The notes: generated from the sequence alone by a model not told the origin. A stretch of 54,183 nt of DNA from an uncultured Clostridia bacterium (GCA_947166925.1 CAMVGD010000006.1:1-54183); one strand, 5' to 3'; positions 26,757 through 36,296 are shown, counted from the stretch's first letter. Translations and numbers: made by a program.

Positions 26757-26849
26757 GGGGCGGTTAAGAAACTCCCGTCATTCTGAACATGGTACGCGCG
26801 TCGCCATAATTTCTCAGGATGACACATCACGGGGTTTCTTAACAGCCCC
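26757..26849. mobile_element. MITE-like remnant with terminal inverted repeats
   Basis: GGGGCGGTTAAGAAACTCC ... GGGGTTTCTTAACAGCCCC. Confidence 0.5.
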
Positions 26850-27089
26850 TGTTTTTACGGCTGCTGTCCTTCCCTTCCGAGGCGGACGACCTCTTGTAAT
26901 CGAACGGCTCGGTCGCGATTCCAGGATATTTCGAGCTGTCAAAGCGCCGGTAATACGGCTTGACCCGACGCTGCGCATTTGTCCGCAGGAAGCCCCGTGA
27001 ACTGTGAGTCGCGCTGACCGTCGTATCGTAATGGTAGCAGCCGGCGCCGGTTCACGATCGCCCGGTAAATATCGGTTCCGACGGGAAAA

Positions 27090-27118
27090 TTGATTTCTGC
27101 GGAGATCTGTGTTATAAT
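27090..27118 (+). promoter_or_regulatory. SigA promoter of MATE gene
   Basis: TTGATT-N17-TATAAT with extended TG. Confidence 0.65.
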
Positions 27119-27154
27119 CCTTGCAAATCGAACGTCAACAAAGGACATCAGACG

Positions 27155-28903
27155 ATGATCAAAAAACTGTTTCGCCAAATGCTCATCACGCAGATCGTTT
27201 CAACGATGACCGTAACGCTGTGCATGCTGATCGACAGCATCATGATCGGCCGGTTCCTCGGCGTGGATTCCATGAGCGCATACGGCTTTGCGACGCCGCT
27301 GCTTCTGGTGTTCGCCGCGCTCGGCAGCACGATCTCGGCAGGCGTACAGGTGGTCTGCGGCAAAACGATCGGCGGCGGTGACCGCGACGGGACCAACGCG
27401 TGCTTTACGGCGGCGATGTCCCTTGTCCTCGCGATCTCTGCCGTGGGGCTTGCGCTGGTCTTTTTGTTCCTGGGTCCGCTCACAAGGCTTTTGGGCGCGG
27501 GTGCGCCGGACAATCCGGTCTTCGGGCTGACGCAGGATTACATCCGCGGTTTTATTCTCGGCGCGCCGGCGTTTCTCTGCGCGCAGATCCTGGTGCCGTT
27601 TCTGCAGCTCTCCGGTCAGCGCACGCGGCTGATCGCGGCTGTCGCCGCCATGACCGTCGCGGATATCGCCTTTGACCTTCTGAACGTATTCGTATTTCAC
27701 GGCGGCACCTTCGGCATGGGACTTGCCTCCACGCTGAGCTATTATACCGCGCTTGCGATCGGGATCGTTTACTTCTTCCGCAAGGACTGCATCTTCCGGT
27801 TCCGACCCCGCCTGATGCGGCCGCGCGTTTTCAGGGACCTGTTCTCCTACGGCGTTCCCACGATCGTCAATCAGATCAGCACGGTACTTCTCGTGCTGCT
27901 GTTCAACCGTCTGCTGGAAGCCGCGCAGGGCACGGTCGCCGTCGCTGCGTACTCGGTCATCTCCACGCTGGGCAATATCTGCTACTGCTTCGGCACCGGC
28001 ATCGGCTCGGTAGCAATGATGCTTGCTTCCATTTTCTATACCGAACGCGACCGCACCTCCATTCTTGAGCTGGTACGGCTGATGACGCTGTATGCGCTCC
28101 TGATCGACTTTGCCGTCATGACGCTTGTGCTGATCATCGCCGTCCCGCTGGTCAGGCTGTTTCTGGGCAGCGACGCGGAGCCCGTTCGGATCGCTGCGTT
28201 CGGACTCCGGCTGGTCATGCTGTCGATCGTACCGTCGTCGCTGAACTCCGCGTTCAAAAACTACTATCAGGGCGTCAACCGCATTCGCTTTGCCGAGGTA
28301 ATCTCCGCGCTGCAGAACTTCGTGTTCCCCGCGCTGTTCGGTTTTGTGCTGAGCCGGTTTATCGGCGTCACAGGCATCTGGCTCGGATTCCTTTGCGGCG
28401 AAACGGCGACGCTGATCACGTTCTCGATCGTCGTCTGGAAGCATTTCGGACGCGTCTCATTGTCCGCCGGCGCCTACAGCATGCTGGAGCCGAGCTTCAG
28501 CACGACCGCGGACAACTGTCTTGAACGCATGATACAGAACGGGCCGGACGCGATCGCCGCTTCGGAGGACGCCGTTGCGTTCTGCCGGACGCGCGGGATG
28601 ACCGAACGCGAAAGCATCCTGATCGGGCTCTGCATTGAGGAAATGACGGTGAATATCCTGACGTACGGCTTCCGCACGGACAAAAAGGACCACTACATCA
28701 ACGTCCGCCTGGTGCTCGAAGGCGACGACCGCGTGATCCACATTCGCGACGACTGCGAGCGGTTCGACCCGGTCCACTATATGGAGCTGCACAAATCGGA
28801 CGATCCCGCCGCGCATTTCGGCATCCGGACCGTGATGAAGGCCGCAAAGGAAGTCAATTATATGAATTCTCTCGGCTGGAACAACCTGACGCTGGTGTTC
28901 TGA
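27155..28903 (+). CDS. MATE family transporter fused to C-terminal HATPase_c (RsbW-like) domain
   Basis: IDSIMIGRFLG and two MATE repeats; tail LCIEEMTVNILTYG...IRDDCERFDP...HFGIRTV. Confidence 0.85.
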   Translation: MIKKLFRQMLITQIVSTMTVTLCMLIDSIMIGRFLGVDSMSAYGFATPLLLVFAALGSTISAGVQVVCGKTIGGGDRDGTNACFTAAMSLVLAISAVGLALVFLFLGPLTRLLGAGAPDNPVFGLTQDYIRGFILGAPAFLCAQILVPFLQLSGQRTRLIAAVAAMTVADIAFDLLNVFVFHGGTFGMGLASTLSYYTALAIGIVYFFRKDCIFRFRPRLMRPRVFRDLFSYGVPTIVNQISTVLLVLLFNRLLEAAQGTVAVAAYSVISTLGNICYCFGTGIGSVAMMLASIFYTERDRTSILELVRLMTLYALLIDFAVMTLVLIIAVPLVRLFLGSDAEPVRIAAFGLRLVMLSIVPSSLNSAFKNYYQGVNRIRFAEVISALQNFVFPALFGFVLSRFIGVTGIWLGFLCGETATLITFSIVVWKHFGRVSLSAGAYSMLEPSFSTTADNCLERMIQNGPDAIAASEDAVAFCRTRGMTERESILIGLCIEEMTVNILTYGFRTDKKDHYINVRLVLEGDDRVIHIRDDCERFDPVHYMELHKSDDPAAHFGIRTVMKAAKEVNYMNSLGWNNLTLVF

Positions 28904-28981
28904 AGCCGAAAACCGTAAACGAAAAAGGGGCGGCTGCAAAGAGTTACTTTGGTAAGGGTGGTTTTCAAACCTTGCCGAAGG

Positions 28982-29130
28982 AAAAGCCTTCCCCTTGAGG
29001 GGAAGGTGCCGTTAGGCGGATGAGGTGTCAGAACGGGCAAGACAAATCATCCGCAAAAGCTGACGCTTTTCGCGTGTCCACCTCATCAGTCACCTTCGGT
29101 GACAGCTTCCCCTCGAAGGGGAAGCCTTTT
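28982..29130. repeat. Paired palindromic repeats (CTTCCCC...GGGGAAG family)
   Basis: CTTCCCCTTGAGGGGAAGGTG...GGATGAGGTG and an inverted partner CACCTCATCAGTCACCTTCGGTGACAGCTTCCCCTCGAAGGGGAAG. Confidence 0.7.
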
Positions 29131-29254
29131 TCGTTAAGGGCGCACTTATACACCACCTTGCGGCGGTGATACCCTTCCTTGTCGGGACGTGCAATAACTC
29201 AAACTGTTACCTATCGAAAAAGAAAAGCGCAGCCGCTTGTAAAACGACCGTGCT

Positions 29255-29550
29255 TTGAATACCCCCCTTGACAAACCTCCTCTAAGCCGCCTCTCTATTT
29301 ATCGTGCTGCCATCGGAAGCGTCGTCTTTCCGACCTTCCCCGCAGAATGTTGGTATGATCCTATGCCGGGAAAACGCCGGTTCCCATATCGCCGCAGACG
29401 ATCGCTGCGCAGCGGAGGTGTGATGGGGTGTGAGTGCTCCGCTGCGCAGATACAGACGCCGATGCTGCTTTGGACCGCTTTGGGAACAAGCAGCTCTCCC
29501 GACATCTTATTCTCTGAAACGCCGGGAAAACAGCAAAAGTCCATTGTGTA
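29255..29550. ncRNA. Candidate structured non-coding RNA
   Basis: Intergenic region with a 13-bp perfect stem (29405-29417/29437-29449), further hairpins and a repeated GCCGGGAAAAC; no credible ORF. Confidence 0.3.
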
Positions 29551-29668
29551 AATAATATATTTTGTTTGTCGTTGTCCAAAGAGCTCGCGCCCGTCAGCCG
29601 ACGCGGCCGGAGCGTTCGGATCCATAAAAAAGGCGCGCACCCTGTCCGGATGCACGCCGTCGTTCTCC

Positions 29669-31801
29669 CTACGGCAGAAGCCCTTCCTTTTCCATGCGAA
29701 CGACCTCCTTATAATCGAACGGATCGGTCGCGATGTCCGGGTACCTGGACTGATCGTAGCGCCAGAAGGCGGGCTTGCTCTGACACTGCTCGTTCGTCCA
29801 CATAAAGCATTTCGAGGTGTGCGTCGAGGAGATCGTGGTATCGAAATGGTACCAGCCGGTGCCGATGTTCACGATCGTCCAGTAATGCCGCGTCCTGCCG
29901 CCGAGCCGCGTGACGCTCATGTATTCGACGCCGAGCTCGTCCAGCAGCGCGCGCGTCACGGCATAGAACGTGAAGCAGTCGCCCTTCCCCGTCCTGAACC
30001 CGCGCACAGCTTCCTTGCGCCAGTCCGTTTTATCCGAATTGCCGACATAGCGCACATGCGTGCGAACGTAATCGAACACCGCCTTGAGCTTTTCCGCGGT
30101 CACCATTTTGTCCGTCGTGATCTGTCCGAGCACGTCCTGCGCAAGCGCGCGGACCTCATCCTCGGAAACGGTCGCCTCGACCAGTTCATACCGGCAGGAC
30201 GCGCTTGCGCGGTTGCCCGCCGTATCCACCGTCGTGAACGTGACCTCGTACGAACCCGGCTCCTGCAGCCGCACCCCGGAGTCCACCGTGACCGCCGTGC
30301 GTCCGTCCGCATTGTCCTCCGCATACACCTCCGCAAGGTAGGCGATCGGTTCGCCGACATACGCGGTACGGTCGACGACGCCGTACAGCTCGGGCGGCTC
30401 GGTATCCCGCTGAAGCGTCAGCGTGAACGTACGTTCGCTGCGGTTCCCCGCCGCGTCCTCCGCCGTCACCGTCACGCTCTGGCTCTCCTTCGTCCAGTCC
30501 GGTTCGGTCCGGTATTCCGCCGCGGCGCCGGTCACGTCCGTCGCCTTCGCGAACGTCTCCGCGGGCTGCGGATGGTCGAGATACCCGTCCGTACGCAGCA
30601 GCTCGATCGCCGGCGGCGTCGTATCCCTGACGTCGATCAGGGCAAGGTTTTCCTTTCCGTCGATCAACACCGTCAGCACGTGCAGTCCGGGCACGGTCGG
30701 CTCGAACTGCCAGCTCATTCGCGCGTCGGTATAGTCGCCGCCGAGCTGCAGCTCGCTGACCTGAAGCGGTCCCTCGTGCGCCTCGATCTTCACCGGCTTG
30801 ACGCCGGAGAACAGCAGCGTTCCGTAGACCGTCGTTTCGTTTCCGCCGCGGTCCTTCAGGATCACGCCGACCGTCTGCGGCAAAAGGCTGAAGGGATCCG
30901 GCTGCGTCTCAAACGCCGCCGTGACCGCCGTTTCATCGCGGACGTCCGTCACGAGATCCTCCGGGCTGACCGTGCTTCCCGGCGTCGCAACGAATGTGAC
31001 GCCCCTGCCCGTCGGCGGGACCGTATCCCTGACGATCAGCGTGCTCTGCGCCTCCGCGCCGTCCGCCGTGATGCGGATCGGGTATTCGCCCGGTTCGCGC
31101 ATGACCGCTTCCGGGATCGCGTCCATCTGTACGGAATCGTAACGGCCGATCAGAAAATCCTCCGCCTTCGGCGCGGGATCCCCCGCTTCCGCCACGAACG
31201 CGTCCGCAGCGATCCGGACATGCACCGCTGCAGGCACGCGGGTGCGGTTGCCGCTTGCATCCTCCAGAAGCACGACCGTTTCGTAATCTCCGACCGTTCC
31301 GAACTTCGGCGCCGTTTCAAACGTCGCCTTGACGATGCTCTGATCGCGAAGGTTTTTGATCAGCTTGTCCGGCGTCAGGGTTTCCTGCGTCGAAATCGTT
31401 CTTTCCAAGCCCTCCGCCGTCGGCGCGACCGTATCGGCGACGCGCAGCGCGACCGGCACGACCAGCGCGCCCGTTCTGATCCAAAGCCGGTAGCTGCCCG
31501 CTTTTGCGTAGAGCGCTTCCGGTTCTTTTTTATAAACGGCGTCCGCGTTCGTGCGGAGGAACGCCGAGACCTTCGGCGATCCCTCGCCGAGTTCGATCGT
31601 GACGACCGGACGCACCCGCGTATACGCAAAGCAAAGCAGCGCAAACGCTGTCGAAAGCAGCAATGCAGCGACCGGCAGCAGGACCGTCAGGATCCGGTAT
31701 GCGAGCGAGCGCTCGCGCTTCTGCCGCTCCGCTTCCGTTCTGACGCGGTTTCTGTCTGCCCGTCGGGGCTGTATCTGGTTGGATGTTTCTTTCCGGTGCA
31801 T
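29669..31801 (-). CDS. Membrane-anchored transglutaminase-like protein with Ig-like repeats
   Basis: N-terminal TM; repeated DTxPP modules; triad GDCF...HYW...HFD; likely leaderless ATG at 31801. Confidence 0.8.
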   Translation of the reverse strand: MHRKETSNQIQPRRADRNRVRTEAERQKRERSLAYRILTVLLPVAALLLSTAFALLCFAYTRVRPVVTIELGEGSPKVSAFLRTNADAVYKKEPEALYAKAGSYRLWIRTGALVVPVALRVADTVAPTAEGLERTISTQETLTPDKLIKNLRDQSIVKATFETAPKFGTVGDYETVVLLEDASGNRTRVPAAVHVRIAADAFVAEAGDPAPKAEDFLIGRYDSVQMDAIPEAVMREPGEYPIRITADGAEAQSTLIVRDTVPPTGRGVTFVATPGSTVSPEDLVTDVRDETAVTAAFETQPDPFSLLPQTVGVILKDRGGNETTVYGTLLFSGVKPVKIEAHEGPLQVSELQLGGDYTDARMSWQFEPTVPGLHVLTVLIDGKENLALIDVRDTTPPAIELLRTDGYLDHPQPAETFAKATDVTGAAAEYRTEPDWTKESQSVTVTAEDAAGNRSERTFTLTLQRDTEPPELYGVVDRTAYVGEPIAYLAEVYAEDNADGRTAVTVDSGVRLQEPGSYEVTFTTVDTAGNRASASCRYELVEATVSEDEVRALAQDVLGQITTDKMVTAEKLKAVFDYVRTHVRYVGNSDKTDWRKEAVRGFRTGKGDCFTFYAVTRALLDELGVEYMSVTRLGGRTRHYWTIVNIGTGWYHFDTTISSTHTSKCFMWTNEQCQSKPAFWRYDQSRYPDIATDPFDYKEVVRMEKEGLLP

Positions 31802-31807
31802 ACGGAC

Positions 31808-31837
31808 AGTATACACGTTTTACGGGAAAAATGTCAA
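31808..31837 (-). promoter_or_regulatory. SigA promoter, -35 supplied by the repeat end
   Basis: Minus strand TTGACA-N18-TATACT, ATG 6 nt downstream. Confidence 0.55.
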
Positions 31838-32217
31838 TTTGCAAACACAAATCGTCTCATTTTTGTAAAACGACTTCGTCTCCTCCTACCCATCTCTCAC
31901 CCATCCTCAGAGGGTTCTGAGATCGGTTGTCTGACTGGTCGTACGGTTGTTTTCAACCAACCAACCTACCACTCAACCAACCAAATTCTTTTCGCCTCCA
32001 AGCCTCCAAAACACCAAAAAGGCCCGGATGATCGGACCTTTTCCATTTCATTCTCTTTTGAGGTTCTTCAACAGGTAGAGCGAAAACTCAGTTTCAACCT
32101 CGGCGTTGCAGGAAGCTGCTGGCGATCAGCAAAGTGGTTGTTCCCTTTGAATGGTCGGTTGGTTGAGACGCTGATCGCGTGTGCCTCGACGACGCTAAAT
32201 GGCTTTGCCCTGCGTTA
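31831..32217. repeat. ~388-bp repeat element, copy 1
   Basis: Starts ATGTCAATTTGCAAAC, ends TTGCCCTGCGTTA; first ~225 bp highly similar to 33275-33662; CAACC/GGTTG arrays. Confidence 0.9.
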
Positions 32218-32344
32218 TGGTGTCATGGTCCGTGTGACAAATATAAAATGTGGTCACTTTGTCAACTCGTTTTTGGGACTTTCTCGCCGATGTCCTCCGA
32301 CTCATTCGCGGCTATACAATCGAATAAATTGCTTTTTATATCAG

Positions 32345-33208
32345 TTAGCGAACGATACAAAGCACATTGTTGTCAATTGGGGCGTCTTTCCCATCCAGAT
32401 ATAAGCACTGTTCCCCAGTTTCCGCATTTTCTTCTATACGATATGGCTTGGTAAAGTATCTCATATCCGCCAGCTTTATATTATTGGCGGTATATGTTTT
32501 CTCGGTAGATGCGCTTTTTATAGATTCCTGCTCATTAACCAATCTGTCATACCATCCACCATTTTTATAATAGGAGATTCCAACACACTTCCTTTGTGAC
32601 ATATCAGCTGAATCCCACAAATAGTCTAACCCCGTCACATTTTCATCGATCAACTCAGCATTTTTTGTTTCGAGATCAAACGCGTACAGTTCTGTATCCC
32701 CAGAAATATAGTAAACAAGATTTCGATCGGGAAAACAGCATGTCCATGTTACGCCTGCAACCGCATCGTCTATATGAATTTCATTACCTCCGTTCCAGAT
32801 ATCCTTACAATACAAGTTGGTGTCGCCATGGTCGGTAAAGAAAGCCATCCCGGTTCTATTATCATAATAGCCAATCCATGTGCCAGCAAGAGCTTTCAGC
32901 GAAGATTCTCTGTCTTTCGCACTCACTTCGTCATAATATTTCGCCAAGAGATGCTCCGTCAACTGAACAGGTCCATGCCCTTGGTTGTCTACAAAAAACA
33001 GGTTTTCGTCTTTGATATAAAAGCAATACTGAAGTGGCTCCTTTTCAATCTCTGGTTCAAAACTAACCGGCTCTGCAGTTTGCTGCTCTTCTTTTACATC
33101 TTGATTAGTCTCCACAATTGCTATGGACGTTTCTGTTGTGTCATTTATTGAACAGCCCAGCAACAGTAAAGTCAGCAACACAAGCACAAATCCAAGCGAT
33201 CGTTTCAT
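32345..33208 (-). CDS. AT-rich lipoprotein, beta-propeller-like
   Basis: Lipobox LLGC; repeated I-D-x-x-V blade motifs; own promoter TTGTAT-N17-TATAAT. Confidence 0.75.
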   Translation of the reverse strand: MKRSLGFVLVLLTLLLLGCSINDTTETSIAIVETNQDVKEEQQTAEPVSFEPEIEKEPLQYCFYIKDENLFFVDNQGHGPVQLTEHLLAKYYDEVSAKDRESSLKALAGTWIGYYDNRTGMAFFTDHGDTNLYCKDIWNGGNEIHIDDAVAGVTWTCCFPDRNLVYYISGDTELYAFDLETKNAELIDENVTGLDYLWDSADMSQRKCVGISYYKNGGWYDRLVNEQESIKSASTEKTYTANNIKLADMRYFTKPYRIEENAETGEQCLYLDGKDAPIDNNVLCIVR

Positions 33209-33274
33209 GGTCCTTCCCCCTATAGAAGTGATGTAATATATTGTATTATATCATTTAGCCTTACTAAATACAAT

Positions 33275-33662
33275 ATGTCAATTTGCAAACCCAAATCGTC
33301 TCATTTTCGTAAAACGACTCCGTCTCCTCTCTCCCATCTCACACCCCTCCTCAGAGGGATCTGAGATTGGTTGTCTGACTGGTCGTATGGTTGTTTTCAA
33401 ACAGCCAACCTACCATTCAACCCACCCAAATTCTTTTCGCCTCCAAGCCTCCAAAACACCAAAAAGGCCCGGATTATCGGACCTTTTCTCACATTCATTC
33501 TCTGATGTTGGGCTGTCAGCGTATCGCTTGATCGGTTGGTTGACTGGTTGGTTTCAAGCCGTGCAAGCGTGCGTCATCGGGGCTGTCAGCGAGGTGGTTG
33601 GTGGGTTGGTTGAGCCAAAGTTCCTTTGCCCCGCAGACGCTGAGTGACGTTGCCCTGCGTTA
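33275..33662. repeat. ~388-bp repeat element, copy 2
   Basis: Same termini and length as copy 1. Confidence 0.9.
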
Positions 33663-33869
33663 AAAAGTAAAATAAATCCCTGTTTTTGGCATGCAGTTTG
33701 CATTTTCTTCACAATCTTGTGACGCTTCTTTCACATGGATAACGCATTTATGACGCATTTGCGGGTTATACTGAAATCGTCAAAAGGAGAGCGGGTTACC
33801 CCTCCCGCGATCCGATTGATCAATAAGGACTCCTCCTTATCATTACCCCCCTCTATCCTTGTCAAGACC

Positions 33870-34122
33870 GCCCTCACCCCGGGGCGGTTTTGATTTGCAT
33901 TCGGTCGGCAGAAAATGCTTTCTGCCGACCGTTTTCTCCGTTCCCGCCTATATCGCTGCGCGTTACCGGGCGGCGGAAACGGCAAGGAGTCAAATCCGCC
34001 GCGCATGTCGCCGGATTTGACGGATTTGATCTTTTTTCTGTGTATGAAGCAAAACGCATGACGGCATGCGGCGTTATCATGCGCTTTTGGCCCTCACCCC
34101 GGGGCGGTTTTGATTTACATTC
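33870..34122. repeat. 33-bp direct repeat pair (33870-33902, 34090-34122)
   Basis: GCCCTCACCCCGGGGCGGTTTTGATTTRCATTC twice, 220 bp apart. Confidence 0.85.
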
Positions 34123-34292
34123 AGTTGAAAACAGGTCTTCAAACAGACCGGGTTTTTCAGTTTTCGCCCGCGTTTCTTCCGTGTGCCTGCTTTGCGCGTA
34201 TCCTGCTCTGAAACCGGACAAAATTCCGGGATTTTTGTCCGAGGTTTTTATGCTATGCTTTCCCTGAAAACAAGCGAAAGCGAGGCATATGC

Positions 34293-34958
34293 ATGAAAGA
34301 AACAAGACAGGAAAGCATTTTCGACCGGGCGAAGACCGTCTCCGCGCTCGACGCCGCCGAACGGTTCGCGGGAATCGAAGGCAAGCGCATCGGACGCCGA
34401 ACGAAGGCGTGCTGTCCGCTGCACAATGAGAAGACGCCGAGCTGCGTGTTCTACGAGAACGGCACGTTCTACTGCTTCGGCTGCCACGCGGGCGGTACCG
34501 CGATCGACTTTACGATGGCATACTTTCACGAAAGCAGCGTCGACGCGGCAAAGCGTATTATCGCCGCGTTCGGGCTCGGGGAGGTCGGCATGCCGTCTGC
34601 GGACGTGCGCAGGGAAGCGGCGCAGCGCAGGGACCTCATTGAATCCGTCCGAAAGACCGCGTCGTTTACGCATGCCGTGCAGTGCGCGGTCATCCACTGG
34701 TGCGAGGACCGGCTCGACAAGCTCGATCCGAACGACGATTCCGAGGAGAACGAACAGCTTCTGGAAATGCTTCTGCGGCTCAAAAACGATGCGGAAAACC
34801 TCACGAACGCGATCAACGCGCTCGAAAACGCGGACCGCACGGGGAATCTGCAGGCGCTTTTACAGTCGGTCTTTAAGGTCTCCCGCGACCGGTACGCGAT
34901 GCTGAAAACGTGGGACGAGATACAGGGCACCTGCTACGTCCGGGGGATGCGGTCATGA
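34293..34958 (+). CDS. CHC2 (DnaG-type) zinc-finger protein lacking TOPRIM
   Basis: CCPLHNEKTPSCVFYENGTFYCFGCHAGGTAIDF. Confidence 0.85.
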   Translation: MKETRQESIFDRAKTVSALDAAERFAGIEGKRIGRRTKACCPLHNEKTPSCVFYENGTFYCFGCHAGGTAIDFTMAYFHESSVDAAKRIIAAFGLGEVGMPSADVRREAAQRRDLIESVRKTASFTHAVQCAVIHWCEDRLDKLDPNDDSEENEQLLEMLLRLKNDAENLTNAINALENADRTGNLQALLQSVFKVSRDRYAMLKTWDEIQGTCYVRGMRS

Positions 34959-36082
34959 ACGAATTCACGGAAAACCCGTATCAGGCGTTTGTGGACGCGC
35001 CGGACGCGCCGCTTCTGAACTGCCCCTTAAAATGCGCGGCGAACGTAGAAGACGACGAGATCAGGTATCTTTGGAAGCCGTACATTCTGCGCGGGGACGT
35101 GACGATCCTTGCCGCGGCGGGCGGCACGGGCAAGACGTTCGCGCTGTGCGGGATCGCGGCGGAGCTTACGAACGGTCGGTACCCGCTGAATCCGTTCGAG
35201 AAATTCGAGCCGATGACGGTGCTGTTCATTTCGGCGGAGGATCCGGATTTCATTCTGCGCGAGCGCATGCGGCGCGCGGGCGCGGACCTGAACCGCGTCT
35301 TTATCATGGACGCGACGGACAGCATGCGGCTGAAGCTTTCCGACGGGCAGGGCAACCCGCGGCTGCACGATCTCATGCAGGCGATCGAATCAGTCAAGCC
35401 GGACCTCGTGATTCTCGACCCGCTGCACGCGTTCGTCGGAAGCACGGTCAAGATGACCGAAAGTAGCGCGGTGCGTCCGTTCATGCAGGCGCTGGCGAAT
35501 CTTGCCAAGCAGTACGACTGCGCGATCGTGGACGTGGCGCACGTGAACAAGCGTCCGGCGGGCGCGAACGCAAACGACGCGATCCTCGGCGCGACGGACG
35601 TGGTCAACGCGGCGCGCTCGGTGCTCCGCGTGATCTTCGACGAGACGGGAACCGATCCGAACCGCCGCGTGCTCGTGCATACGAAATCGAACTACGCCGC
35701 GATGGGGCAGTCCGTGGCGTTCCGCATCGGCGACGACGGCAAGCTCGACTGGATCGGCTTTTCGGACGTGACGCGCAGCGATCTCGAAGCCGCGGCGCGT
35801 TCTAACAAGGCGCTTTCGGAGCACATGGTCTCGAAGGAAGCCGACCGCGCGGCAAAGACACTCGTCGTCGAGCGTCTCCTTGCCCTTTCCGAGGAGCAGA
35901 CCGAGCCGAAGCGCTTCTATTCCTACGACACGCTCAGAGGAATGGGGATCTCCGGCAAGGCGGACATCGCGCCCGCGCTTCCCTCGCTCAAAGAAAAAGG
36001 CGTCAACGTGTTGTTTCCCGAAACATCGCGACGGTCGGAAGGAAAATCAAAAAGAGGCATCATTCTATGCAAGACTACATAA
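34955..36082 (+). CDS. AAA / RepA-like (RecA-fold) replicative helicase
   Basis: ATGA overlap; Walker A AAGGTGKT, FISAED, Walker B LVILDP, AHVNK, AARSV, KSNYA. Confidence 0.85.
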   Translation: MNEFTENPYQAFVDAPDAPLLNCPLKCAANVEDDEIRYLWKPYILRGDVTILAAAGGTGKTFALCGIAAELTNGRYPLNPFEKFEPMTVLFISAEDPDFILRERMRRAGADLNRVFIMDATDSMRLKLSDGQGNPRLHDLMQAIESVKPDLVILDPLHAFVGSTVKMTESSAVRPFMQALANLAKQYDCAIVDVAHVNKRPAGANANDAILGATDVVNAARSVLRVIFDETGTDPNRRVLVHTKSNYAAMGQSVAFRIGDDGKLDWIGFSDVTRSDLEAAARSNKALSEHMVSKEADRAAKTLVVERLLALSEEQTEPKRFYSYDTLRGMGISGKADIAPALPSLKEKGVNVLFPETSRRSEGKSKRGIILCKTT

Positions 36083-36083
36083 A

Positions 36084-36296
36084 GGGGGTGTGTGTAGCAC
36101 TGTCGCAATTGTCGCATTTGTCGCAGAGATGAACGATTACGGTAATTCAATGAATGATTACGGTAAACAGATGAATATGTAAAGCAGTTATATGAATGGT
36201 TACGGTAATGATATGAATAAATATGGTCAATTACGGATATGCGGCAGTATACTGACTACATTTGCGACATTTGCGACACTGCTGCACACAGGGGGT
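36084..36296. other. Candidate replication origin (inverted iterons around AT-rich phased repeats)
   Basis: TGTCGCA x3 (36101, 36110, 36119); TGCGACA x2 (36263, 36272); ATGAAY every 21 bp (36129-36213). Confidence 0.6.

Noticed and set aside
29255-29560. RNase P, tmRNA, T-box or IscB omega-RNA identity
   Set aside because: The diagnostic motifs (GAGGAAAGUCC, tRNA-like ends, GGUGGnACCGCG, adjacent nuclease) were not found.
29819-32404. 861-aa plus-strand ORF and similar long antisense ORFs (15750-17201, 21836-23542, 37743-39749, 42138-44405, 48439-49686)
   Set aside because: Stop-poor antisense frames of GC-rich genes, Arg/His-rich, with no motifs or RBS.
31920-33620. CRISPR array from CAACC repeats or the 388-bp duplication
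   Set aside because: No regular repeat-spacer period and no cas genes.
36129-36230. Mini-CRISPR or repeat peptide (MNDYGN) from the 21-bp repeats; ORF 36192-36797
   Set aside because: Repeats are contiguous without unique spacers; the ORF is translated repeat/REP DNA, and an iteron reading fits better.
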